DNA of 64,000 nt, from contig OZ024741.1 of NCBI GenBank assembly GCA_964016885.1, positions 344,782,001-344,846,000 on the forward strand, in the 5' to 3' direction. Below the pieces are notes generated by a model. That model saw only the letters and a program-made list of their open reading frames with translations, ran no database searches and was not told the DNA's origin. The stretch comes from Eledone cirrhosa. Taxonomy: Eukaryota. Below, piece after piece: positions 38,560 through 50,190 of this stretch; position 1 is the first letter of the stretch, and every line of letters begins with the position of its first letter. The translations under genes and the position numbers were made by a program.

Positions 38560-40160
38560 TGTTGGTGTTAGTGTTGGTGGTGGTGGTGTTTGTGTTGGTG
38601 TTATTGTTGATAGTGTTGGTAGTGATGTTGGTGGTGGTGATGATGTTGTTGTTAGTGTTGGTGGTGGTGTTGGTAGTGTTGGTGTTATTGTTGATAGTGT
38701 TGGTAGTGATGTTGGTGGTGGTGATGATGTTGTTGTTAGTGTTGGTGGTGGTGTTGGTAGTGTTGGTGGTGTTGGTGGTGATGTTGGTGGTGATGTTGGT
38801 GGTGGTGATGATGTTGTTGTTAGTGTTGGTGGTGGTGTTGGTAGTGTTGGTGGTGTTGGTGGTGATGTTGGTGGTGATGTTGGTGGTGGTGATGTTGGTG
38901 GTAGTGTTTGTGTTTGTGTTGGTGGTGGTGATGTTGGTGGTAGTGTTTGTGTTGGTGGTGGTGGTGGTGATGTTGGTGGTAGTGTTTGTGTTTGTGTTGG
39001 TGGTAGTGTTTGTGTTTGTGTTGGTGGTAGTGTTTGTGTTTGTGTTGGTGGTAGTGTTTGTGTTTGTGTTGGTGGTGGTGATGTTGGTGGTAGTGTTTGT
39101 GTTTTGTGTTGGTGGTGGTGATGTTGGTGGTAGTGTTTGTGTTGGTGTTAGTGGTGGTGATGTTGGTGGTAGTGTTTGTGTTGGTGGTGGTGGTGGTGAT
39201 GTTGGTGGTAGTGTTTGTGTTGGTGGTGGTGGTGGTGATGTTGGTGGTAGTGTTTGTGTTGGTGGTGGTGGTGGTGATGTTGGTGGTAGTGTTTGTGTTG
39301 GTGGTGGTGATGTTGGTGGGAGTGTTTGTGTTTGTGTTGGTGGTGGTGTTGGTGGTGTTTGTGTTGGTGGTGGTGGTGTTGGTGGTGTTTGTGTTGGTGG
39401 TGGTGGTGTTTGTGTTGGTGGTGGTGGTGTTGGTGGTGTTTGTGTTGGTGGTGGTGGTGTTTGTGTTTGTGGTGGTGGTGATGTTGATGGTGTTATCATT
39501 GGTGATGTTGTTTAGGGTAGTGTTGTTGTTGGTAGTGTTGGTGGTGGTGTTTGTGTTGGTGGTGGTGGTGTTGTTGGCATTGGCGTTTGTGTTGATGGTG
39601 ATGTTGATTGTGATGTTGGTGTAGTGGTGTGGTGGTGTTGGTGGTGATATTATGATAGTTGTGACATCATAAATTGTTGTGTAGTTTGTGTCTGTTAGGT
39701 TTCAATGTTATAATTGCATCTGGTGATGATGATGTTGATGATGATGATGATGTTGGTTTTGTTGGTAGTGATGACGATATTGTTGATGTTGATGGTGGGA
39801 GTGGTGGTAATGTATTGTTGTTGATGATGATGGTGGAGATGGTGGTTTTGGTGGTAGTGATGCTGATAGTGTTGTTGTTGATGGTGTAGATGTTGATGAT
39901 GATAGTGCTGCTGATGTCTATGATGATGTTAGTAATGACAATAATGTTGATGGTGATGTTGATAAAGATTATGATGATGGTGATGGTAATGGTGATGATG
40001 AAGAGAATTATGATAGTGGTGGTGGTGGTGGTGGTGGCGGTGGTGGTGGTGGTGATGAAGATAATGATGATGGTGTTGTTTGATGATGTTGGTGATGAGG
40101 ATGATGATGATGATGGTGTTGTTGTTGATGTTTGATGATGATGATGATGACTGTTGATGG
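38560..40160. repeat. (GGT/TGT/GAT)n compound trinucleotide repeat
   Basis: Direct inspection. Confidence 0.95.
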
Positions 40161-40374
40161 TAGGTTGTGATTTGAGGAATATTTAGCTACTATATTTAGC
40201 AGATCAGGTCAGACAACTACCTAAGGTTTCCATCCTTGTTGTCGTTATTGTTGTTGTTGTTGTTGTTTCAATTGTAATTTTTGTAGCTGTGACATCATAG
40301 ATTGTTGTGTAGCTTGTGTGTGTGTGTCATTCTTTCACTGTAATAATTTGTTTCAGCTGCTGTTGATGTTTGTC

Positions 40375-41045
40375 AATGATGATGATGATGATGATCATCA
40401 TCATCATCACAGTCATCATCATCAATATAATCATAAGCATCACAATCATCAGCATCATAATCAACACAATCACCACCATCATCATTATTGTCTTCATCAA
40501 CACAATCATCAAATTCATCATCATCCTCATTAGCAATAACATCATCATCATCACCACCACCATAACCATCTTCATTATTGTCATCAGCAACACACTTGTC
40601 AAATTACTCATCATCACAATCATCATCATCCTCATTGTTATCAACAACAGCATCATCATCATCATCATCATATTCTTCATCATCATCATCATCACAATCA
40701 ACATCATCCTCATTATCAACAACAGCATCGTCATTATTATTATTATTGCCATCAGCAACACCACCATCATCATCATCTTCATCATCATTGTCAACACAGT
40801 CAGCATAACCATGGTCACCATCACCATCACCATCATCATCACTATTATCATCAACACATCAGCAACACCACCACCACCACCACCACCACCACCACCAATA
40901 TCAACACCATCCTTCTCATCACCATCACCACCACCACCACCATCATCATCCTTCTCATCTACATCTCTTCCTGCTCCTCTTCTTCATCACCATCATCCCT
41001 CTCCCCTCCTCTTCATCATCATCATCATCTTTATTATCATCAGTG
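40375..41045. repeat. (CAT/CAC)n compound trinucleotide repeat
   Basis: Direct inspection. Confidence 0.95.
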
Positions 41046-41611
41046 TTGCTATTGTCATCACTTCTTCCTTACTCTTGTCCTTGTTATTATTGTTGCTGAT
41101 ACTGTGCTGATTATCTCCCTTTTTATTGCTCTTCTGGCTATGGTGCTATTAGTGGAGGTTGTGGCATAGTTATTTAGCCCTAGGTCAGCCTTGACTGAGT
41201 ATATATGATCAAAGCTGCTCTAGCCTTTCTTTTATACAAACATAGTCTATCGAGAACTATGTTATCTAATATGTTCTTTCTATGCAAAGACTCTACCATC
41301 AGAATTTGAGAACGATTTGGCTGTTATTTCTAGCAGGTTGAGTGAGCATGTGGAGGCTTCATCGTTTGTTCCTGTTGTTGAAGTTGGTTCTGCTAATGTT
41401 ACTGCGGCTGGCTGCTACAGCTGTGGATAAATATTTTCCCTGTTGATTCAGAGGAGTTTCATAATGCTATACAGATAAACACATACATTTCATTTCCATT
41501 TACAAAATTTCTTAATACTTTTATAAAACACCTGTGTTTTACACACCACAGACATATATTAAACCTTTATATATATATATATATATTTAATTAGAGAGTG
41601 AACAACACAAT

Positions 41612-41693
41612 ATAACTACTCCATTACCAAAGATTTCAGGACCCTAGACAATGTTAACATATGTCTAGTTCGCTCATCAGATAGAGAGGTTAC
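41612..41693 (-). ncRNA. type I hammerhead ribozyme motif
   Basis: Minus strand CTCTAT-CTGATGA-stem II (CTAGACA/TGTCTAG)-GAAA-TCTTTGG-TA-ATGGAG; stem I extends past a 2x2 internal loop. Confidence 0.75.
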
Positions 41694-41739
41694 ATAGAGC
41701 ACTCTTTTTTCCTTTGCTTTTTCGTCAGAAAAATACTTA

Positions 41740-41797
<58 letters not shown>

Positions 41798-41980
41798 ATA
41801 TTCCTTGCTAGCAGGGAAATTGGACATTAAATGATGATGTTGATGGTATAAGTTGAAACAGCAACAAATCAGATAGAAACCTAGGCACTACTCTCTTAAT
41901 TATTGAGTACTAAGCTGAACAATGGTCTTACTAGTCTAAACTGGTAACTTCCCATCTCTCTCTCTCTATATATATATATA

Positions 41981-42335
41981 GGCACCTCTAACAAAAATAC
42001 ACCCCCGTCCCACTACCCCCACCCCATCCACACCACTCCTTTCAATGTAAAGTTATGTTGGTACCACAACATCCAGTCCGAAACAAATGAGGTCGTGTAG
42101 GTGTCACGACAAAAAAAAACACACAGTCCACGCTGTAATGTGGCCGTGTAGGTAACACGGTAAAAACCTCCCAGCCCACACTGTAAACGTGGTTGGTGTT
42201 AGGAAGGGCATCCAGCCGTAGAAAACCCGCCAGACAGTCCTATGCGTGCAAGTCAACCAATCTTGCCTCAAGTGGGAAAATTCCCGTCGAAACCCATGCA
42301 AGCGTGGAAGATGGACGTTAAACAATGATGATGAT
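41981..42335 (+). mobile_element. RTE 3'UTR fragment (second subfamily)
   Basis: Reverse complement of 62281-62648. Confidence 0.85.
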
Positions 42336-42540
42336 ATATGATGATTTCTCCCAAATGAAACAGTTCTACTCCTGTAGAAGCCTTTTCTATATTAAATATT
42401 TGTACTCTGCTTTGTATTGAGTACCTTACTTACTGTGGTTACCCCTGATTGAACCCGGGATAAACTTATATATATATGTGTATATATATATATATATATT
42501 AGAAAAGGGAAGTAAGGTTCTATACAAAACAGTGTATATA

Positions 42541-43106
42541 GAGAAAAGGTGGAGTTGGAAATAGCAGGGAAAATATATTTAAAGATCTGTTTTTCTTTTT
42601 TTATCCTTTCTTTGATTGGTCAAAATGACATTATTGAAAAGATGACATTATTGAAAAAAATGAGAGGGACAATTCTTTTTAAAAAAAAGTTTTATAATGT
42701 ATATAAAGTATTACCGGTTTCGATGTATTATTGGCTTTCTCCAGCCAAATTTTGAGCAAGAAAGATGGAAAAAAACTTACTCCAACATTTGATTTTAATT
42801 TTAAATCTTTAATTTTTAGTTTTTAACTCCTATTAATTCTTTTTAATTTTTTATTTCAATACTCATCATTTGATAAGATGAATTTTAATAATACATCAAA
42901 ACCGGTAATATACATTATAACCAGTATATACATTATAACCGGTATATACATTATAAAACTTTTTTTAAAAAGAATTGTCCCTCTCATTTTTCAATAATGT
43001 CATCTTTTCAATAATGTCACTTTGGCGAATCAAAAAAAGGACAAAAAAAGAAAAACAGACCCTTAAATATATTTTCCGTGCTATTCCCAACTTCACTTTT
43101 TCTCTC
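42541..43106. repeat. long inverted repeat (~190-220-bp arms) with a hammerhead-like motif
   Basis: Arms ~42541-42731 and ~42887-43106; TTGATAA-GATG..CATC-(G/A)AAA-CCGG-TA; flanked by (TA)n. Confidence 0.8.
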
Positions 43107-43149
43107 TCTGTATATATATATATATATATACTATGTGTGTATATATATA

Positions 43150-43375
43150 TATCATCATTTCATCATCATTTCATTTTACGTCCGCTTTTTCCCTGCTTGC
43201 AAGGGTGGGACGGGAACTGATTCTGGCTTGATTTCTATAGCTGGATGCCCTTCCTAACACCAACCTCATTTACAGTGAGTGCTGGGTGCTTTTTTTCCGT
43301 GGCACCTACACGACCACTTTGCAGTGTGGGCTGGGTGCTTTTTCCATGGCACCTCCACGACCAATTTGCAGTAGA
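43150..43375 (-). mobile_element. RTE 3'UTR fragment
   Basis: GCTGGATGCCCTTCCTAACACCAACC motif and CAT tail. Confidence 0.75.
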
Positions 43376-44090
43376 ATGATAGGGACTCCGGTCCCTATCA
43401 TCTCATTTTTACAGCTGAGTAAACTGGAGCAATGTGAAATAAAGTGTCTTGCTTAAGGAAACAACACATCACCCGGTCTGAGAATTGAACTCACAACATT
43501 TCGATTGCAAGGCCAATGCTCTAACCAGTAAGCCATGTACCTCCATAGCCATGTGCCTCCATATATATATATATATATATACATGTCTATATATATCTAT
43601 AGATATGTGTGTGTGTGTATATATATATATGTATGTATATGTATATATGTCTATATATGTGTGTGTGTAATCATCATCATCTAAATAGTTTTACATCCAT
43701 ATTTCCATGGTTACATTAAATATTTGAACTAGTTGCGGCCCTTTCATGTGTAGGAAGAGCTGGGAGAATCTGGCAATATTTATTGTGGTAGCCATATGTA
43801 TTTGGCATCATCAACTACTGTATGGCATGGTGTTTTATGGTTCCATCAGCATCAGAAGGCTTCACTGTTAGGCTAAGCATTTCCTGCTACTTTCAGTTTT
43901 CTTTCGGAGTTACTGCCCTTTCTAGACAAGTTGCTGTAATTTGCAAAATATATTTCTGCTTATATAAATCTCTCTCTATATATATATATATGTGTGTGTG
44001 TGTGCGTGTGTGTATATGTGCATATATATATATGTTGATTTAAAACTGCACTATCCACAAGTGTTTTTTAGCCTTCATATCATGTTCTCC

Positions 44091-44161
44091 TGTTTTATCT
44101 GATGAAAACACAAATATTATTGCATGATGATGTTTGTTTTTGAAATGCGCATAATAAAATA
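44091..44161 (+). ncRNA. minimal type I hammerhead ribozyme motif (copy of 3471)
   Basis: Same core; the three differences are A>G and give G-U pairs. Confidence 0.85.
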
Positions 44162-44220
44162 CATGGAACTCCTTTAACCATCTTTTGATCTTATATTATA
44201 TATATGTATATATATATATA

Positions 44221-44765
44221 TGATGGCTGCCCCCTCGTTATCGCGTATGGCCATTGCACGATATACCATTATTAATAATTATTATTAATGTCCAATCTAT
44301 CATGCAATGCCTGTGCGTGAAGATATTTTTTAAAGTGAGGAAAGACTGTGCACTGAGCCAATCCCACTCTCTGAGCGACAGTAGCTATAACCTGAAAAGA
44401 AGAAAAGATCAACATCATCGGTATTTGCTGAGCTGCAGGTTTTATATCAGAGTTATCCCAGTTTCCTGAGTTGCCTTCTCGTAGAAGATTGCCCTGACAA
44501 AGGCTAGGAGTCCTTAACTCCCAGTGGTTTAACCGCATGATCGGGTGTCCAGCCCGACTATTTCTATGTCTCCACACATATACATACATATGTACATGTG
44601 TATATACATATTTACACACTTTTGGATGGCCGTTGACTCTTATGAGTTCTTCTGCCCTTTGTCAGGTTTTGTTTTTGTCCTGCAGGGTGTCCAAAAATCA
44701 CCCTCCTCACCAACTTGGTGAGGTTGCCGGTTTAGTCGCCGACGACCCGACCATGCGACAGGTTG
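44221..44765 (-). mobile_element. non-autonomous RTE derivative related to 4505, longer 5' end
   Basis: Shared GATGGCTGCC..CTCGTT..TGGCCATT end, GCAATGCCTGTGC and GACAAAGGCTA blocks. Confidence 0.65.
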
Positions 44766-45094
44766 TATATATATATATATACATGCACATATACAAACAC
44801 ATATATCTATAATACTTATAGACAAGAAGTTTGTTTGTATGTTGACTGCTAATTACACTAGGTTAAATTGGTACCAATTAAGTTTTTTTTTTGTGATTTC
44901 AACTAATCTGACCTCCAACATGCTTGCCCTCAACTTTTCTTCTGAAAACGAAATTGGGGGCAAGGGGGGATTTTACTGCTCTTTCTAGCACTGTGACTCT
45001 GTGACAGGTACTGTTGCTGGTTTGTACATTCATATAATTTCTCTCTATCTCACTTAATGTCTCTCTATCTATCTCTCATTATACTTCTTATTGG

Positions 45095-45212
45095 TCTGAG
45101 TTCAAATCCCGCCGAGGTTAACTTTGCCTTTCATCCTTACGGGGTCGATAAAATAAAGTACCAGTAATGTACTGGGATAATTGCTAGCCTTGTGCCAAAA
45201 GTAGAAACAATT
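45095..45212 (+). mobile_element. 5'-truncated family A SINE with target-site duplication
   Basis: ATTATACTTCT on both sides. Confidence 0.8.
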
Positions 45213-45404
45213 ATACTTCTCATTATCTTTCTCTCAAATTCTATGCGTCTTTCTCTCTATATATAAATTTCACTGCTCTTTCTAGCACAGTGGCTCTGTG
45301 GCAGGTACTCTTTCTGGTTCATATATATATATATATTCATATATTTCTCTATCTAATATATATATATATACACACACACACAGACAAACAGAGAGAGAGA
45401 AAAA

Positions 45405-45645
45405 GAAATAGGAACCATTCTGCCTCATGCATTTCTGACCTATTATTTATCTCTGGTTTTATTTGGCTGATGAAAATGGCCTCCTTAAGCTTTAAATTTC
45501 CTATATTCCTTTTTGTCGCCTCTATGGTGACCTCAGTGTCTTGGTTGCAGCATCTGTGAAGATGATTTTTAACAGAAGAGGATCTCATTATCATGTGTTC
45601 CTTGATCCGAATGTGTAGCCTCATTATGGTAATTCCAATATAATC
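45405..45645 (-). pseudogene. Penelope-like GIY-YIG endonuclease fragment
   Basis: YIGITIMRLHIRIKEH..LKEAIFISQIKPEINNRSE; same family as 34230-34460. Confidence 0.85.
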
Positions 45646-46426
45646 CAGAACACACTTATGCAAGAATATTACAAAAACAATATAAATGATATATCATAAT
45701 ACATATGACAAGGTACATATAACAAGTAATGTAAGTATTATTTTTATATTCTGATTATTTTTGTACCTTGTCATAATATATAATTAATATTGGTTCTATG
45801 ATATTCCTGTATAAGTGTGCTCTGGAATAGATTTGTATTTGTATCTTATTTCCATTGAGCTCTTTACTGAACAACAAAATTGAGATGTTTTTATTTTGAT
45901 TTATCTTTGTGTGTTTATTATATATATATATATATATATGTAAGTATGCATGTATACGTACATACATATATGTATACAGACGTACAGTAGCATGCACATA
46001 TATATATATATATACATATATACATACATATGCATACAGGTACACATACATATATGCACGTATCAATTTAGCGGCGCTTATTATAACGTCGCTTTGTTCA
46101 TTTGTAAACAAACTGAACAGCCTGAATTTATGCTATACGGTGTTATGCATATGTATGTATATATGTATATATATATATATATATATGTGCATGCTACTGT
46201 ACGTCTGTATACATATATGTATGTACGTATACATGCATACTTACATTTAAGTAAGTGCCATACTAAGAGTGAGAAATGAAATTTCGTTTTCATTTTGTTT
46301 CAATTTATCGTTTTCGGTATGCCTGACCGATTTAACTCACTCAATATGCAAATTAGGCTGCTCAGCCGTTAATTTTCATAAGGAAAGTATATACTTTCGA
46401 ACGTTCAACTATCTGGCAGATGGGTA

Positions 46427-46471
46427 AACGGTGCTGATGATAGCTAACAAGCTTGAAACTAGTACATCGTT
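46427..46471 (+). ncRNA. minimal type I hammerhead ribozyme motif, unit 1
   Basis: AACGGTG-CTGATGA-T.AGCT.AACA.AGCT.T-GAAA-CTAG-TA-CATCGTT. Confidence 0.9.
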
Positions 46472-46898
46472 CCTGTGTCAGTGTTGAACAAAAAGGTGAC
46501 GTGGTTGCCTTAACACCGTATGGCATAAATTCAGGCTGTTCAGTTTGTTTACAAATGAACAAAGCGACGTTATAATAAGCGCCGCTAAACTGATACGTGC
46601 ATATATGTATGTGTACCTGTATGCATATGTATGTATATATGTATATATATATATATATGTTCATGCTACTGTACGTCTGTATACATATATGTATGTACGT
46701 ATACATGCATACTTACATTTAAGTAAGTGCCATACTAAGAGTGAGAAATGAAATTTCGTTTTCATTTTGTTTCAATTTATCGTTTTCGGTATGCCTGACC
46801 GATTTAACTCACTCAATATGCAAATTAGGCTGCTCAGCCGTTAATTTTCATAAGGAAAGTATATACTTTCGAACGTTCAACTATCTGGCAGATGGGTA

Positions 46899-46943
46899 AA
46901 CGGTGCTGATGATAGCTAACAAGCTTGAAACTAGTACATCGTT
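46899..46943 (+). ncRNA. minimal type I hammerhead ribozyme motif, unit 2
   Basis: Identical to unit 1. Confidence 0.9.
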
Positions 46944-47370
46944 CCTGTGTCAGTGTTGAACAAAAAGGTGACGTGGTTGTCTTAACACCGTATGGCATAA
47001 ATTCAGGCTGTTCAGTTTGTTTACAAATGAACAAAGCGACGTTATAATAAGCGCCGCTAAACTGATACGTGCATATATGTATGCGTACCTGTATGCATAT
47101 GTATGTATATATGTATATATATATATATATGTGCATGCTACTGTACGTCTGTATACATATATGTATGTACGTATACATGCATACTTACATTTAAGTAAGT
47201 GCCATACTAAGTGTGAGAAATGAAATTTCGTTTTCATTTTGTTTCAATTTATCGTTTTCGGTATGCCTGACCGATTTAACTCACTCAATATGCAAATTAG
47301 GCTGCTCAGCCGTTAATTTTCATAAGGAAAGTATATACTTTCGAACGTTCAACTATCTGGCAGATGGGTA

Positions 47371-47415
47371 AACGGTGCTGATGATAGCTAACAAGCTTGA
47401 AACTAGTACATCGTT
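47371..47415 (+). ncRNA. minimal type I hammerhead ribozyme motif, unit 3
   Basis: Identical to unit 1. Confidence 0.9.
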
Positions 47416-47744
47416 CCTGTGTCAGTGTTGAACAAAAAGGTGACGTGGTTGCCTTAACACCGTATGGCATAAATTCAGGCTGTTCAGTTTGTTTACAAAT
47501 GAACAAAGCGACGTTATAATAAGCGCCGCTAAACTGATACGTGCATATATGTATGTGTACCTGTATGCATATGTATGTATATATGTATATATATATATAT
47601 ATGTGCATGCTACTGTACGTCTGTATACATATATGTACGTATACATGCATACTTACATTTAAGTAAGTGCCATACTAAGAGTGAGAAATGAAATTTCGTT
47701 TTCATTTTGTTTCAATTTATATATATATATATATATATATCAAC

Positions 47745-47996
47745 AGTCAATCGACAAGATTCCAGAACTCATTCGCTTAACGAATGGGGTGGAGCTCATC
47801 CAATCGGACCGAGGAAACAATGTTTCTATTGGCCTTTCCAATTGCTAATACTGTCGGTTGCAAATGCAGGCAGAAGGAGCAACGTGAAGTAAGTGTCTTG
47901 CTCAAGGACTCAACACATCGCCTGGTCTGGGAATCGAATTTACAACCTCACGATTGTGAATCCAATTCTCTAACCACTAAGCCATGCGCCTTCACA
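47745..47996 (-). mobile_element. family B SINE (well preserved)
   Basis: Minus strand GTGAAGGCGCATGGCTTAGTGGTTAGAG..AATTCGATTCCC..TCCTTGAGCAAGACACTT. Confidence 0.8.
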
Positions 47997-48056
47997 TGTA
48001 TATATGTTTATATATAGAGAAATTACATGAATCAAAGTTCTGTTCAAATCATTTAT

Positions 48057-48105
48057 TCGCTTACAATTGTTTCTTCCAAACCGAGGTTTGGAGTCTTCGG
48101 AGCAA
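48057..48105 (-). ncRNA. hammerhead motif (CCGAAGA core variant)
   Basis: Inverted copy of 48811-48859. Confidence 0.7.
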
Positions 48106-48810
48106 TTTTTCAATGATTGTTTACATACTTGACCTCTTTTTCAACACAAGAGACATACAGAAACATATGTATATATTGATGCACAGTGGGTTGACATCCA
48201 TTATAATATTTAAGCATGGCAGTTTACATTTAAAGATTAAAGTCATATTAAAAGAACAAGTATTCCAACCTTATTCATCAAGCTTCCAATATTGAATCAT
48301 CGTAGATTATGTGAAGGTCATATAATCTATATATTACGTTTCCTGGATTGTGAAAATGGTGGTGTATACGAAAAACCATAACACTGTTTTGCTTCTCATT
48401 CTTAATACTTTAAATATTTCTCTGCACACAAGCTTCTATATCATACATATAAAATGCTATACAACCACCATAATACTCTTGATTGCCCGCTTAAAGTGCT
48501 TATATTCCATATAACACCTTACCGCACTATATTCTTATATAAATAGGACACACGTGCATGCCCCACGTGTAACTAACTACTTCTAACTATCCTCCTGCAT
48601 CACCTTCATAGACTGCCAATGTTGTATTATAACTTTAATTTTGTTGTAATTTTCTTTTCTTCTTTTAATATGACTTTAATCTTTAAATGTAAACTGCCAT
48701 GCTTAAATATTATAATGGATGTCAACCCACTGTGCATCAATATATACATATGTTTCTGTATGTCTCTTGTGTTGAAAAAGAGGTCAAGTATGTAAACAAT
48801 CATTGAAAAA

Positions 48811-48859
48811 TTGCTCCGAAGACTCCAAACCTCAGTTTGGAAGAAACAATTGTAAGCGA
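48811..48859 (+). ncRNA. hammerhead motif (CCGAAGA core variant)
   Basis: TTGCT-CCGAAGA-C.TCCAAAC.CTCA.GTTTGGA.A-GAAA-CAATTG-TA-AGCGA, then AATAAA. Confidence 0.7.
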
Positions 48860-49176
48860 ATAAATGATTTGAACAGAACTTTGATTCATGTAATTTCTAT
48901 ATAACTGCTCTGTAGAACAACTGATGTTATTACATTGAGCTATTTATCTTACTGGTAATAAGGTAGTAATAAATTACTGTCTTTCACTGTTTAGGGTTTA
49001 AAATATATATAACTATAAAAGGTTTTACTGTATACATAACCATAAATAGTATCCTTAATACTATGTTTATATATATATATATAATATATATATACAAAAT
49101 TAAATTAAGGGTTGTCATGCGCCATATCCACTGCAGAATAAGCTCAAAGATTCCAATGTATAAATCCGAGCATTTT

Positions 49177-49391
49177 ATATCAACTAGAAATAGATTGACA
49201 TATATATATATATATATAAAATAAACATATGAAACAATCACAGGGAATAATTTGTAAAGTGTGTAAGCACACATAGCACACTTTAATTAGTTACCTACCT
49301 AGCTATGTGTGCTTACACACTTTACAAATTATTCCGTGATTGTTTCATATGTTTATTTTATATATATGTCAATCTATTTCTAGTTGATATA
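49177..49391. repeat. inverted repeat (~90-100-bp arms, ~22-bp loop)
   Basis: ATATCAACTAGAAATAGATTGAC..GCACACATAGC / GCTATGTGTGC..GTCAATCTATTTCTAGTTGATAT. Confidence 0.85.
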
Positions 49392-49884
49392 TATATATAT
49401 TTGTATGTATGTATATGTGTGCCTGTGAGTTTCTAATATTTTGTGTCTAAGTATATATGGATGTGATCAAAATAATACATTCTTGCCAGGAAGTGTACCA
49501 ATGAAGAATTAAAGAATAGACTTAAGTTTCTAATGACAATAAGTATTTCCAATTGTTTGATCAATTGCTTGCTCATGAAATTTACATGTAAATGACTAAG
49601 CATTCTACAGACACATATACATTTAATTTAATTCTCAGGGAGATTCAATGTTTCACAGTGTATATGAGAAGGCTGACCGTTTCAATTACAGATACAGTCC
49701 ATCTGATGGGCTTACAAACATTTTTCGTCTGCATGGTTTCACTCATAAAACATGGATCAGCTGGAAACTATGGTAAATGACAATTGCATAAGACGTCACA
49801 GAGTGGGATTGAACCTAGGACCTAATGATTGCGAAACAAACTTCTTAACCATTCAGCCATGCTGCATATCTACACCTATAGATA

Positions 49885-50170
49885 CAGACATGACAAAAAG
49901 CACCCAGCCCATGCTGTAAAGTGGTCATATAGTTGTCACGACATAAAGCACTCCGCCCACACTGTAAAGTGTTTGTGTAGCTGCCACGACAAAAAGCACC
50001 CAGCCCACGCTGTATATGTGGTTGGTGTTAGGAGGGGCATCCAGCTGTAGAAACCAAGCCAGAAACAGTTCTCTGTGAACAAGATGAGTCACCTAATCCA
50101 ACTTGCCACAAACGAGACAACCCATCTAACCCATGCCAGTGTGGAAAAATGGTCGTTAAATGATGATGAT
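49885..50170 (+). mobile_element. RTE 3'UTR fragment
   Basis: ~48-bp subrepeats, GGGCATCCAGC, GATGAT tail. Confidence 0.8.
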
Positions 50171-50190
50171 AACACACAAAAATTTATTAT

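Larger units (their letters stand above)
45939..47718 (+). mobile_element. retrozyme-like array: ~3.3 tandem 472-bp units plus an inverted partial unit
   Basis: Period of 472 bp from 46144 to 47718; 45939-46145 is the reverse complement of 46511-46717; (TA)n on both sides; one hammerhead motif per unit. Confidence 0.85.
48018..48898. mobile_element. element with 239-bp near-perfect inverted repeats, each holding a hammerhead motif (inverted pLTR-like)
   Basis: Arms 48018-48256 and 48660-48898, one mismatch seen; ~400-bp spacer; TA flanks. Confidence 0.85.

Noticed and set aside
38525-41110. Mucin/extensin-like and hydrophobic ORFs
   Set aside because: Trinucleotide repeats open on both strands; no unique coding sequence.
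46362-47650. Three 114-aa ORFs in the tandem array
   Set aside because: They start within microsatellite, show no recognisable domain and are antisense to the ribozyme; they repeat only because the DNA repeats.
47900-47996. tRNA genes
   Set aside because: The tRNA-like sequences are SINE heads with A/B boxes but no complete cloverleaf, and continue into SINE bodies.
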